Shown: in pieces, positions 35,601 through 47,260 of the stretch
How the letters are laid out: each line of letters starts with the position of its first letter
How positions within the stretch are numbered: position 1 is the first letter of the stretch
Origin: Hemiscyllium ocellatum
Lineage: Eukaryota
DNA length: 64,000 nt
Direction: 5' to 3'
Assembly: GCF_020745735.1 (NCBI RefSeq)
Contig: NC_083420.1
Coordinates: 24,118,001 to 24,182,000 of the forward strand
Made by a program: the position numbers and the translations under genes
The notes under the pieces: generated by a model
Databases searched by the model: none
Seen by the model: only the letters and a program-made list of their open reading frames with translations
Told to the model about the DNA's origin: nothing

Positions 35601-36892
35601 TTGTTCTCTCTGCAGTAATATTGGGAACTCTAGTGATATGAATACATAATCTTTTGTCTTATATCCCCCTGATGATTATAATTTAACTGCAGCCTGAATC
35701 CAGTTAGAGGTCAAGGTGACAGCAGAGTAAGATTCCTGAGTAAGTAAATTTCACTTCTCTTCATAATCATTTCAGGCCTTAATTCATGATTTTCAAAACA
35801 CAAATTCAACTTTGTTCTAGCTTGTTTTCACTTATTGAGGAAGTATCTGTAAGGAACCCATCGAACACAATATAAAGGGACAGAAAATTAAGGAATCAAG
35901 ATCACATTCCTTCACTGAAAGACTATCTTGTCATATAAATGCACATGGCCATAAAGTGCTTAGCTACCATAGTTACAAGCAAATAAACTGATTACTCTCT
36001 GGTGACATTTTCATACAATGACAATGAACTAAACACCTGTATCATTTTAAAAAATTACATATATTTCCTGATAGGAGAATGGGCAGGCACACTAGGCCAG
36101 ACTTTGCCTTTTGAATTATGAGCCAGGGTTCAAATATATGCTCAGGTGATTGCAAGGTCATATATAAATGAGTTTAATCAGTTCCAGGTCGCAAAGTAGA
36201 AGTCTGCCCCCAATTCAAGACTAAACTGACACTTTCCACTCAATTGCTGATGTGGATTTGAGGGAAATTCTGAGGTGGAAACTAAATATGGTTCAAGGAA
36301 GAATCAAAGAAAATTCACTCTAGTTAACTGCAGACTGCTGGATGTTGACAATGGATTTTGAAACTAAAAATGTTCCATTCTTTCAGGAGCTTTGTAACAA
36401 ACGATACTGTTCTACAGCTAACATTACAACTTACTTTGATAAAGCAGGTGATTTGTCATCACCAGATAGCGTGGGAAATTTGTGTTTGTTCAATAATATC
36501 CACTTCAGGATATGATCCAGCTTTTCCTTAATGTTATCATTCCTTTTTATGTATCTGTCTTTGTAACCATCCCGTAGATTGAAATTTGGATTCTTGCTGG
36601 TGGGTTTCACACAGTATTTTAGCTGCCTGGCATCATTGAAGAGCTGGCGATTTGAATCTAATGAAAAGCAGCCGATCTCTACAGGCTGCCTGTAGTCAGG
36701 AAAGCTCTTGTCATAATAGTCAGGCTGTACAGGAAGGGCAAGTTTACTGTCTGCATTGTTTGTGCATAAGATGTAGTGTTCATCAGTTTCTGTTTTTGGT
36801 AATTTAATCCCACTTTCTTGAGTATCATCTGCTTTTCGTTTAAAGACTTCCCGACCAGACGATTCCCGACTGGTGTTGAAATGTCGATTCAT
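23545..36892 (-). CDS. DXO: Decapping and exoribonuclease protein DXO (Dom3Z/Rai1 family), whole gene model, 423 aa
   Basis: join(36435..36892, 35126..35352, 32148..32367, 27053..27188, 25808..25902, 23545..23680) = 1272 nt. Rai1/DXO motifs intact: [32 protein letters not shown]. Confidence 0.93.
24030..24307. mobile_element. Penelope-associated short repeats: a decayed monomer (~24030-24105) and an inverted hairpin copy (~24135-24307)
   Basis: Arms GTTGGACTGGGCTGGACAAAGTCA.. and ..TGACTTTGTCCACCCCAGTCCAAC; centre GCTTTCAGAG-GGGTG-CTCTGAAAGC; decayed hammerhead-like core on the minus strand at 24071-24100. Confidence 0.65.
25141..25708 (-). mobile_element. HE1-like V-SINE, split by an internal insertion
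   Basis: Tail at 25141-25235 and body at 25493-25708 are both homologous to 17561-17864. Confidence 0.88.
25236..25492 (+). mobile_element. HE1-like V-SINE inserted in the opposite orientation
   Basis: CACGGTGGCCCAGTGGTTAGCACTGCTGCCTCACAGCGCC..GGTTCAGTTCC, V-domain, ending CTAATCTAAAAAAAA. Confidence 0.88.
25808..25902 (-). CDS. DXO: DXO coding exon 5
   Basis: caaaacag|[31 protein letters not shown]|gtaaga; 95 nt. Confidence 0.9.
27053..27188 (-). CDS. DXO: DXO coding exon 4
   Basis: ctacacag|(R)[45 protein letters not shown]|gtttgc. Confidence 0.92.
27545..31580 (-). mobile_element. Stack of at least three CR1 LINEs, including a near-complete decayed ORF2 (APE endonuclease plus RT)
   Basis: Endonuclease motifs ([35 protein letters not shown]) at 30823-31558 and RT at 29246-30249. 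Three distinct 3' tails begin at about 27545, 28140 and 28376. Confidence 0.9.
29417..29598 (+). mobile_element. 182-bp hairpin non-autonomous Penelope-associated element with a 15-bp TSD, inserted into a CR1 RT
   Basis: TSD CTTGCTAATGAGGCA at 29402-29416 and 29599-29613; ~65-bp inverted arms around GAAGGGCTCATGCCGAAACGTT. Confidence 0.85.
32148..32367 (-). CDS. DXO: DXO coding exon 3 (catalytic GEVDC and VELKT motifs)
   Basis: atttttcag|(D)[52 protein letters not shown](R)|gtaggt. Confidence 0.93.
33170..33815 (-). mobile_element. CR1 LINE 3' fragment
   Basis: ORF 33200-33427 ([23 protein letters not shown]). Confidence 0.88.
34345..35025. mobile_element. Minus-strand CR1 3' end with a plus-strand CR1 fragment (~34459-34870) nested inside
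   Basis: The minus-strand tail sequence breaks at ..CATATCC (34458) and resumes at TTCCTATTCATATACCC (~34875); the insert encodes WQMEFNLDK and [10 protein letters not shown]. Confidence 0.8.
35126..35352 (-). CDS. DXO: DXO coding exon 2
   Basis: tacttatag|(N)[46 protein letters not shown]|gtgaga. Confidence 0.92.
36435..36892 (-). CDS. DXO: DXO first coding exon (exon begins at ~36923)
   Basis: [44 protein letters not shown]; acceptor tttcttgcag at 36924; donor AA|gtaagt. Confidence 0.9.
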
Positions 36893-38089
36893 ATTGTCAC
36901 AGTTCTTGACTTAATTAAACAATCTGCAAGAAATTAAGAGAAACAACACATTAAATATAATCAACAGAAAAAAAAACAATATTTTGTAAGTTACTTTATC
37001 CTACTGGAAGATTATTTCAGCAGCTCGGTTAGTAAAGGCAGTAGGTAACTAAACATTGACCATTCATCCTACAAATAAAAACAAAATACTCTGGATGCTG
37101 CAGATTTGAAATTAAAACAGGCAGCATCTGTTTCTGTACCTGTCTGAAAATGGTGCCAGACCTGCTGAGTTTTCCCAGTACTTTGTAGGATAAAATAAAA
37201 ACAAATCCCAATTCAATTCTCAGTTAATATTGGGTGTTGATCAAGGTGCATTAAGTGACTTCTCTGACTGTATAAGAGAAAAGAGGAAATATAAACCATC
37301 AGTCAGAGCATGAGTCTGCAATGTAATGACCTACACAGTGGTTGTTGATCAAGAAAAAGGAGCTTGCTCTGGATGCCTAAAAACTGTCCATTCTTTAGAT
37401 GTAAAGAATAGATAATTGTGGTCCAGCTTGAGTGAGTACTTTCAACAGACAAGATAGAAAAGTAACTTGGACTTTGCTACTCAACTTGGGTTATCCAGAT
37501 GAAACATTTAAAATCACTTGTTCTAATAGGATTAAATCATCCATTTAAAACTTAGCAAATACCCACACAAATATGAGTGACAAATTTCACACAAACTAGT
37601 GTATTTTATATTAATCACTAAAATAGTGGCTGGGCATTAAAGATATTCAGAATATGGACATTTGAGTCAAACATTTAAGTTAATTAAAAGAGTTTGTAAA
37701 TATACTGAACTATCCAGTATAACCATTCTATGTCTTTCAATTTCCATAATTACAATACATTTCACTTCCATGCATCACGGGGGATTGCTAAAAACAGTTG
37801 TTTTAATATACAAACTATGAACTCCTGCTTTATTCTAATCCAGTCTTTACAATTCAAAGACCTTTTCTGCACAATATTAGAATTACCTGATGATTTGTAT
37901 TATAATACATTGAACAGAAGGGAACTGTGAAATATTCCATAATGATTACAAAAAGGACATTTTATGCACAGGTTCCATAGAATGCCATCGCAGAGATAGC
38001 CATTCAGTCCAAATGGTCTGAGTTGTGTGTTGTTCAATTACAATGTTGTGATGTTGATCAAGCTGTGACTTACAACTATTGTGTGATCT

Positions 38090-40110
38090 TTAAGGTTTTT
38101 GCAAAGATCTATAGCTCGGGTTGTGGATGATGTAGTAGGTTAGCTTGCTGAGCTGTTGGGTTATCGTGCAGATGTTTCATTACCATACTGGGTGACATCA
38201 TCAGTGCGAGTTCTGTCCCACTTGGCTTTTAAGTGGTTCAGTCTGTTGAGGTGAGTGTTACTTCTGTGTCTTCTCTGCAGTGGTTTGTACACTGGGTCTA
38301 TGTATTTGTTGATGGCTTCTTTGGTTGAAAATCAGGCTTCCAAGAACTCTCTTGCGTGTCTCTGTTGGCTTGTCCCAGGATAGTAACTATGTCATAGTTG
38401 AACTGATGGCCCTCTCACTGTGTGTGTAAGCGGAAGGGGGAGAGTGGATCATTTTGTTTAATAGCCAGTTGGTGTTCATGAAGTCAGATGACTAGTTTTC
38501 AAACTGTTTATCCGATGTATTGCTTGTTGCAAGGAATTCTGTATACCAAATTAGTCCTGCATGCTATGAGGGTCCTTAGTCCTGGTAAGTAGCTGGCATA
38601 GTGTGGCTGTTGGTTGGTGTGCTACTACAATACCTAGTGGTCCTAATAGCATGGTAGTTAATTCTAATATGATTTTCACGTAGGATAGGGTGGCCAGTGT
38701 TTTAGTAGGTACAGTCTTCTTGGCATTATCTGTTGGATAGGCCTTGGCGGACAAAGCTGATGGGGTATCCGATATTAGCAAAGACTTTGCGTAAATGTTC
38801 TTCTTTATACAGTTCTGGTGTGTTGCAGTGTGTCATGGCTCTTTTGAATAATGTCTTGACATAACTCCACACTACTAGAGGATCCAGTGACAGTGACTCC
38901 CAGCTGTTAAAGCTCATTTGGCTTATCATAAAAGTATCATTCTTACACAGCAACACAATCAGTATGGATAATATGCTCAAGCTGCTCAACCTATGCCTTA
39001 CCACCCACTTTGTCTTCAACAGTTAGACATATCAACAGGTCAATGGCACACCAACGGGCTCTCCCATCTAGGAACTAATATCAAAAGCAGTCATGCAGAG
39101 ACTTGAAAAAACAGCCCTTCCCCATACCCAACTGAAACAATGGATATGATACATGGATGACACCTTTGTCATCATCAAATGTACTAGACTGGAAGAAACA
39201 CCACCTCATCAATAGTATACTCACTGGTATCAAGTTTACCAGGAACGAAGAGAACAACTAACTCACATTCCTAGATGTTATGATAGAACGGATGACCAAA
39301 GGAGGAGTTACAACCAAAGTATACAGGAAATCCACTCAGATGGACCAGATCCTCAATTACAACAGTAACCACCCCAATGTCCACAAATGGAGCTGTGTCA
39401 ATTCATTATTCAAAAGAGCCATGACACACTACAACACAGCAGAACTTTATAAAGAACACTTACACAGAGTCTTTGCTAACATCGGACACCCCAGTAGCTT
39501 CGTCCACCAGTGTCTATTCAACAGACAATGCCAAGAAAATACTGTACCTACCAAAACACTATCCACCCAACTCTATGTGAAGATCATATCAGAACTAACT
39601 ACCAGGCTGGTACGACCACTAGGTATTACGGTGGCACACCAACCAACAGTCACACTACACCAGCTATTTACCAGGATTAAGGACTCCATACCCATAGCAT
39701 GCATAGTATTGGACAAACAGTTAGAAAGCTAGCCATCCAACATCATGAATACCAACTGGCTATTAAACAAAATGATCCACTCTCCTTCATCTCCATAAAC
39801 ACAGACCGAAAGGGTCATCAATTCAACTAGGACAAAGTTATTATCCTGGGACAAGCCAACCAGAGACACGCAAGAGAGTTCTTGGAAGCCTGGTTTTCAA
39901 CTAAAAAGACCGTCAACAAACACACAGACCTAGTTTACAAACCACTGAAAAGTCGACATGGAAATAACAACAGGCTGGACCATGTAAAAAACCAAGCAGA
40001 ACAGAACAACAGCGCTTCACAGAAGTTGCACTGATGTTGTTACCCAGTATGGTAATAAAACATCTGCATGATAACCCAACAGCTCGGTGAGCTAACCAAC
40101 TATCTCATTC
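38090..40110 (+). mobile_element. Penelope-like element (RT plus GIY-YIG remnants) preceded by an inverted duplicate of its 3' portion
   Basis: Plus strand 38876-40110: decayed RT motifs (GTPTGSPI; YMDDTFVII) and ORF 39280-39732 (VYRKSTQMDQILNYNSNHP..LFKRAMTH). Minus strand 38090-38875 duplicates ~39385-40100. Hammerhead-like cores at both ends. Confidence 0.88.
38168..38207 (-). ncRNA. Minimal type I hammerhead ribozyme motif (Penelope-associated)
   Basis: GCA-CUGAUGA-U-GUCACC(CAGUAU)GGUAAU-GAAA-CA-UC-UGC. Confidence 0.6.
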
Positions 40111-40324
40111 TGTACGATGGGCAGCAATGGGAATGCACTTGGAAAAGCAATTCCTGATGTTTCCTATTGTTATGGACTGAATGAAACGAGGTGAGTGGCA
40201 AGTATGATTTTAATAGAATCAAAATATTTACGCACACCAAACTTCAGAAACCTTTTGTAGTTTGAAGTTAGGTCCAGCTCACATCAGGTCAGCTTATGGT
40301 TAGAATCTGTGCAACAATGTCATT

Positions 40325-40650
40325 GTCATAGAGATGTACAGCATGGAAACAGACCCTTCAGTCCAACTCATCCATGACAATCGGATATCCTAATCTAATC
40401 GAGTCCCAGCAACTAGCACTTGGTCCGTATCCCTTGAAACCTTTCCTATTTATATACCCATTCAGACGCCTTTTACTTGTTGTAATTGTACCAGCCTCCA
40501 TTACTTCCTCTGGCAGCTTATTCCACACATGCACCCCTCCAATCACCTCGTGCATGAAAAAGTTATCCCTTAGGTCCCTTTTAAATTTTTCCCCCTCACC
40601 CTCAAGCTATGCTCTCTAGTTCTGGACTCCCCCACCCTAGGGAAAATGTC
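40325..40650 (-). mobile_element. CR1 LINE 3' end
   Basis: ORF 40358-40555 (VWNKLPEEVMEAGT); CR1 tail. Confidence 0.85.
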
Positions 40651-41860
40651 CTCCAATTCTTTCATGCTCCTAGCCTCTGAACAAGACCTCCTGCTATCTT
40701 CAAAAATAAAAACACTTGATTGTCGTTCAATCCAAAACATTAACCCTGATTTCTCTCCACAGATGCTACCAAATCTGCTCTGCTTTTCGAGTAATTTCCT
40801 GTTTTTATTTGATTAACAGCATCCGCAGTTCTTTCACTTCTTATTGCTATCTTGTCTGGTTTGCTACTGTCCAGTACATTTTCTTTAAAAGTTATTAGTG
40901 GTTGCATACTGCACAAGAATAGCTTCGTGATACAAAGATACACAAGAATTGCCTTCAAAATGCTTGTCCCATTTATTGTCATGATTCTTACCTCTTTAAC
41001 TGCTTGCTGCAAACAAATATCTTTGTTGTTTTTCTTTGCTTCCTTCGGTAACCAACATTGATCCAATACTGAAAGCATGCTTTTATTTGTTTTTCCTTCA
41101 GACTCAATATATCCAAATTGGATACTAGCAATATCTTTTGGCATGTAATTAATTTAGTAACAAAGATCTCACTGTTGATTTTGCTTTTACAGATCAACCT
41201 TTTGACTACTGACACATTCTCATCACACTCCATCAATAATCAAGGTTTGTGTCAATCACACATTACTTTTCCTTAACAAATAGCATGAAATGTAACTCAG
41301 CATTAATAATTTCCTATCTTGTTAAACATCAACTTCTGATACCAACATCTTCCTTTAATGCAACTTAGTTTCATTAAGATGGCAGTTCAATGGTGAAATG
41401 TGTCATATGTTGCTGAGGCATAGAGCCCAGGATGTTTTTCGATGGGGGGAGAGGAGAACTAATGACAGGGCAACAGAGGAAGGACCATGGAATTAGCCCC
41501 AGCATTTCAGAACCAGGAAGAAAAACATATAGATAGGGCCTCTACTTAAAGAGTCATAGTTCCCAATTGGTAATCACGTGCAACTGTTGAAAAGGGATAG
41601 GAATCGACCCAGCCACAACACACCATTTGTGCACCTCCTTAGAATGTCAGATTGTCTTCAAAAATTTGGCAGCTCGAATGAGATAATAAAAGATTGCTAG
41701 TGCCCGTGGAACTGACCATTTTAAAAAGTACTTAAAGGGGCCTTAATGATAACCTAATATAATTCTTCTATAAATGCTAATGTAGCAAGTTTTGAGAAGA
41801 TTTGTAACTCAGGTTGAGGTTCTGAATGTAGGTTTGCTCGCTGAGCTGGAAGGTTCATTT

Positions 41861-41900
41861 CCAGACATTTCGTCACCCTACTAGGTCACATCCTCAGTGG
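41861..41900 (-). ncRNA. Minimal type I hammerhead ribozyme motif
   Basis: CCA-CUGAGGA-U-GUGACC(UAGUAG)GGUGAC-GAAA-UG-UC-UGG. Confidence 0.62.
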
Positions 41901-41962
41901 GCCTCCGGGCGAAACACAGCTGATAGAAAGCAGGAATTATCAGTAGTGCTTCGCCTGGAGGC

Positions 41963-42002
41963 CCACTGAAGATGTGACCTAGTACGGTGATGAAATGTCT
42001 GG
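41963..42002 (+). ncRNA. Minimal type I hammerhead ribozyme motif
   Basis: CCA-CUGAAGA-U-GUGACC(UAGUAC)GGUGAU-GAAA-UG-UC-UGG. Confidence 0.6.
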
Positions 42003-42054
42003 AAATGAACCTTCCAGCTCAGCGAGCAAACCTACATCCAGTAAATGTGAACTA

Positions 42055-42925
42055 CATAGAGTCATAAAAAAAGGAAACAGATCCTTTGGTGCAACCAGTC
42101 CATATCGAACATAATCCCAAACTAAACTAGTCCAACCTGCCTGCTCTTGGCCCATATCCTTCCAAACCTTTCCTATTCATGTATCTATCCAAACGTAACT
42201 AAATGTTGTAACTGTTCCTGCAACCGCCACTTCCTCAGGAAGTTCATTCCATGTGCAAACCTCCCTCTTGTAAAAGATTTTCCCATCATTTTTAAATATC
42301 TCCTCTTTCACTGTAAAAATATGCCCCCAGAGTTGAAACCTCCATCTTAGAGAAGAGACACCTACCATTAACCCTGTCTATACCACTCATGATTTTATAA
42401 ATATGTATAAGGTCACCCTTCAACCTCCTCCACTCCTGCAAGAGTCCTAACCTATTCAGCCTCTCTTTATAACTCAAACTTTCCATAATTGGCAATTTCC
42501 TGGTAAAACTCTTCTGAACCTTCGCTCATTCTTCCTACAACAGGAAAACCAGAAATGGACACAATAGTCCATAAGTCCCACCAATGTCCTGTACAACCTC
42601 AACATGACTTCTCAAATCCTATACTTGAAGCATTGAACAATGAAAGCAAGCATGCTAAATGCTTTTTTAACCACCCTGTCTATATGTGACAAACTTCAAA
42701 GAATTGTGTACCTACATGCCTAGGTCCCTCTGTTCAACAACACTATCCAAGACTCTACCATCAATTTTATATGTCCTGCCCCTGTTTGTTATATCAAAAT
42801 ATAATACCTTGCATTTATCCAAATTAAACTCTGTCTGCCATTTTTCAAGCCCATTGACCCATTTGATCAAGATCCCTTTGTAATCTTAGAAAACCTTCAC
42901 TATTATGCCACCAATTTTGGTGCCA
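42055..42925 (-). mobile_element. CR1 LINE 3' fragment
   Basis: ORFs 42292-42495 (LSYKERLNRLGL..RRLKGDLI) and 42177-42368 (WNELPEEV). Confidence 0.85.
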
Positions 42926-43099
42926 ATACTAACAAATCTCAATTAGGATCAGGAAAAGGTAATTTTGCCCTTTGATTGGTGAAACAGGCTCAAGGGAATT
43001 ATGGCTAATCTGTGATTTCATTCATTATGCTTGCATGCATGATATATCAGAATCAAAATGAAAAGATGATCTAACATCAAATTGCGTTTGCAGAAAGGA

Positions 43100-44150
43100 G
43101 TTTCAAACATCCACGTGTACAAGTTTTTCTTAATTTCACTCTTTAAAAGTCTGATAATTTTTAGGGCATGTATGCTTGTCCCAGTAATAGTTCCCATCCA
43201 CCATACCTTTTCCTTTCGTCATCTAAGGAATTGATGATCAAATTATCCCTTAACTTCGAATTCCACATTACATAACCCTAGATTATGTAACTGTTCTCGT
43301 TACTTATCTCTGGAATCCAGATGTCATTCTAGTAAATCAATGTTATAATCCCTCCAAAGTCAATCTCTCATTCTCAATGAGCAGTGCCCAGATCTGAACA
43401 TTGTACTTTAGACCTATCCAGAACTTTGTTTGGTTCAAACATTACTTCTACTCCTTATGTTCTAGTCTGTTGGATATAAAGGTTAGAATCCCATTAGCCT
43501 GTTTGGAGGAGATTTGTAGCTCAGGTTGAGGTTCTGAATGCCAGAACCCCATTAACCTTTTCCAGAATACGTACCTGTTCATAAGACTTTAGTAGTCTAT
43601 ATGCTTGGAGCTTCCCATGTCTTTTTAAGATCTTACAGCACCAGTTTTTCACTATTCAGTAAATACCCTCTTCCCCATCCAAATGATTGGTGCTTTTGTC
43701 CCTATTGAAATCTACTGCCATAGTTTTATCTATTCAATTAACTAATCCCTCTTTGCAATTTTATGCTTCCATTTACATTGCTCATAATGCTACCTTTTTT
43801 GTGTCATCTCCAATTTTGGTTTTTCTTTCACTAATAAACAGATAACTGCTGAGGTTGCTAAACGCATCTGTGTGCGACACCATTAGTCACATCCTGCCAA
43901 TGGGAAGACTCTCCCATAATGCCTACTTTATCCTGTTGCTTCACAAATTTCTGAACCAGGTTAATAATTTGCCTTTAATCCCATCATCTTCAGTTTTTGT
44001 TAACAAATGTTTAAAGGTGGACTGAAATACTTGCTGGAAGTCCAAAGAGATAACATCCATTAAAATTCCCTTGTCCATGACATCAGCCATCTCTTCAAGA
44101 ACATTAATCAGATTGGTCAGACACAATCCACCCTTTACAAGCCCAAGCTG
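43100..44150 (-). mobile_element. Old CR1 LINE RT fragment
   Basis: ORF 43941-44126 (CLTNLI..MDVISLDFQ..GIKGKLLTW). Confidence 0.65.
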
Positions 44151-44469
44151 CTGAGTTGAAAAGTTTTATATGAAGATTATTGTAACTTGGTTTGCTAACC
44201 TAAATACTGTTTCCATCAAAAATAGTTAGTACACAATTTAGATTCTGAAACATCTAAAACATTTTTTAAAAAAATTTATATTTTTAGAATGATTACATGT
44301 CAAGAAATATGGTAAAATGTACTTTAAAACTTGAGTACTGTATTCATTTTGCAAACAAATAGGAATTTTGAAAAATCATGATAGTGCAATCTGCTGGAAC
44401 TATTTGTGAACAGCAAGCAGCAATATTATTCAGTCACCATTCAACCTGAACTTGCATTATATTTGTATT

Positions 44470-44660
44470 TATTAAAACTAAAAGAACTGCAGAAGCTGTA
44501 AATCAGAAACTGCTGGAAAAGCTAATCAGGTCTGACAGGATCTGTAGACAGAAATCAGAGTTAATATTTAAGATTGAGTGACCCTTCCTCAAAACTGACT
44601 GATTTCTCTCCCTGTACAGATCCAGCCAAACCTGCTGAGCTTTCCCAGCAATTTGTTGGA
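44470..44660. mobile_element. Decayed hairpin Penelope-associated short repeat
   Basis: Inverted arms TGCTGGAAAAGCT..CAGGTCTGAC.GGATCTGTA..AGAAATCAG and CTGATTTCT..TACAGATCC..CCTGCTGAGCTTTCCCAGCA. Confidence 0.6.
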
Positions 44661-46649
44661 GCTGTGTTTGTTGTGGTTTGCACTACAGAAAATGTGAAAA
44701 TAGAGAAAAATAACAAATATTTCAAGGATTAAACCATGTCTATCACTGAACCACAATTAAAATCTATGGTACAGCACCAAAAACATTGGATTGTCCAAGA
44801 CTCGTGTGAAGGTAAGCCACGTGGCCTTCACCTACAGTACTAAGTAATACTGCCACTGTTACCCAGATGATGTGATTCTGCTTACATGTTAATTTATGGA
44901 GTTTCACAAAATACAGGTTGATTTTATTGAAACATAAATTTTACTGGAGCTTGAAAGGGTTGATTTGAAAAATGTTTCTACAGTGATCGAATTTCAAGCC
45001 ACGGAAGATAGTTGCAGAATACAGATTTACTCAAAACTGAGATGCAAAGGAATTTCTTTCTCTCAGAAGGCAATGATATCTGGATCTCTACCTCTAAATT
45101 GTGGAGGCTATATCAAAAAGTATAAAAGAGGAGATTGCTACATTTTTCAAACATCAAAAATGTGAGGGCTATGAGAAACTAGAGTTCAGGTTTGCTGCAG
45201 ATCAGCCACAATCTTATTCTGCCTCATTGTTCTATAAGGGCTGAATGGCCTACTCTAGCTCTTACATTTTTTTTTAAAAATGCAATTAGTGAATTTTTTA
45301 AAAATTAACTAGCTTGAAGAGGTTACATTCTATTGAGCTAGATTCCCCCAGCACTGGCTGTCCTTTGGTCCTTTATTCTGATTGAGCATTCTTCACATTA
45401 TGACCCTAGGTATTGAGTTTCAACAAGCTATGTGACCATGGACACTCATGCTCAATCCTGCCAGTAGAGATCCATTTTCCAACATGGTTACTGGATAATG
45501 ATTATGAGTCGATCAATTTTTCCAGCATATGTATGAGAAGTATTGATTTCCAGGCTAGTAATTAATATTCAGTTTGCACAAAAGCAAGCTAGATTTCTCA
45601 GTTGTCATGTACATTTTTTTGTCTGTAAGGTTCATAAATTTAATTGGTTATTAAATGGATTGATCTGTTGCAAAGAAAATGTTCAATTAGTATAGAATTA
45701 GATGAGTACAATCAGTATAATGTTAAAATACAGTCATGACACCTCTTATTTTACAGCTAATTTACAGGGCACACAGAACAACATTCCCTCACTGTTTACA
45801 AATTTTCTTTTCCCTTTCTCCCAAACAGAGTTAATAATTATGGGATACAGGGCAGGCAGGCTGAGAAATGCCTTAATGAGTTAGGAGTGCAAGCCAGTTT
45901 GTCACTTCACATAAGCGACATTTAGGCCATACGTTTCTCAACTGCATATCATTGTCTACATTAGGAGCAATAATACTTTAGCTAGCTAAATATAACCTGT
46001 GATTAGGTCACCACATAATTCATTGCCATCAAGAGAACAAAGACATTCATTATTTGCCAAATATTATTTATTGACTTGTTTACAGTACAGTTGCTGACTT
46101 TAAAATCAGAATGTCAAAACCCTAACCACATTTTACAAAAAAAATTAACAAAACTACATCCACAGACTACAAACCACTAACAAGCTGTTGATTTCAAAAT
46201 GTTAGACAATTATAAAGCTGCATTGCCATGAAAGATCTCTGTATCATAACAAAGAAACAGCCAGGACAACAATCTCAATCCTTTTACAGCTATAGTTTTA
46301 AAAACTCGACGACAGAATAATTTTAGTGTTACTAACTTTTGACTCCTCAAATTTGAGTTGAAATCCAGTTGCGGCTAAGGGAATGAAAGTTTCTCTTTTC
46401 TGAAAGAATCCCATGACAAAATGAGTTTGAATAAAATCTCAAGCGGAGAAGCAAGTTCCCACCTAGAAATGGTCAATCTCACTCATTGAGGCGACAGGAC
46501 AGGTGCTGAGATAATAAACATGGACAATATTTCAACGGAGGAAACGATTGGCCGGGACAATGTACAAGAGTGAATTTAATCTGCACCTGAACCAGAGCTT
46601 CCCTCTCCACCACTACCCTCCCACCCACCTCCCAACGAGTCCAAACAGC

Positions 46650-47260
46650 GAGTCAGGGCCGGAATTTAGGGAATGTCTCTGCCCTCCTCTCTCAAGGATT
46701 CCGATCGGGCCTTTCAGTCGCAGAGAGGTCGGAGCTCCGGGGAGAGGCGGCGAAAATATCCCCCAAAAACCCCTCGAACAACTTCATTCGGCGGAAAGGA
46801 GGAGAAATGAACCAACCCGCGCTTCCAGCTTGAACACGGTATCATTCCCCTCCCCCGCGGGAGAAAGGAGCTCACACCATCACCGAGTCCGAGCACAAAA
46901 TGGCGCCGAGAAAAAACAGACGCCGCCGCCGCCGCCTTCAGCCTCTGGGTGGACACAAACCCCCCCCCCCCCCCCGGAAACACTGACACCTCCGTCCAAT
47001 CCGGGAGCCGCTAATGTTTTACTTCACGTTCACAAAACAGAAACTTACGGCGATGCATTGAGAAACGGCGCATTTAAATATTAAAATAGGATTTGGTTCC
47101 CTATTCGAATAAAAAAGTAAAATCACGGAATTCAATCAATGAAAGACGCGGGCAAAAACGTCAGATGTGCGCCGCTGTTTGTGTGTCGCGAAGTGATTGC
47201 GTAAAAGAGGCTGTTGGTGCAGCAGCTACTCATGAGGGTAGAGGTGATTATAGCTCACCG
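46650..47260. promoter_or_regulatory. CpG-rich bidirectional promoter region of DXO (-) and STK19 (+)
   Basis: Local CpG enrichment in an otherwise CpG-poor window; YY1-type AAAATGGCG at ~46897; minus-strand consensus donor CC|gtaagt at 47048 (candidate DXO 5'UTR exon); plus-strand candidate donors at 47238 and 47244; full CRE TGACGTCA nearby at 47529-47536. Confidence 0.7.

Larger units (their letters stand above)
41785..42041. mobile_element. Palindromic non-autonomous Penelope derivative carrying two opposed hammerhead motifs
   Basis: ~105-bp inverted arms (41822-41925 and 41937-42041). The terminal tail GCAAG.TTTG.GAAG.TTTGTA.CTCAGGTTGAGG is shared with the GIY-YIG-bearing copy at 55881. 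Confidence 0.85.

Noticed and set aside
40740-41236. Overlapping 134-aa and 82-aa minus-strand ORFs, as a possible viral or env relic
   Set aside because: No motif I can recognise, and the 3' end runs into a short repeat. A tBLASTx/HHpred search would be needed to support any call.
46548-47084. 178-aa Pro-rich ORF at the DXO/STK19 promoter, as a possible STK19 N-terminal extension
   Set aside because: Non-ATG start, GC-rich low-complexity sequence, ends in a stop, and has no recognisable homology or splice link to the STK19 frame.
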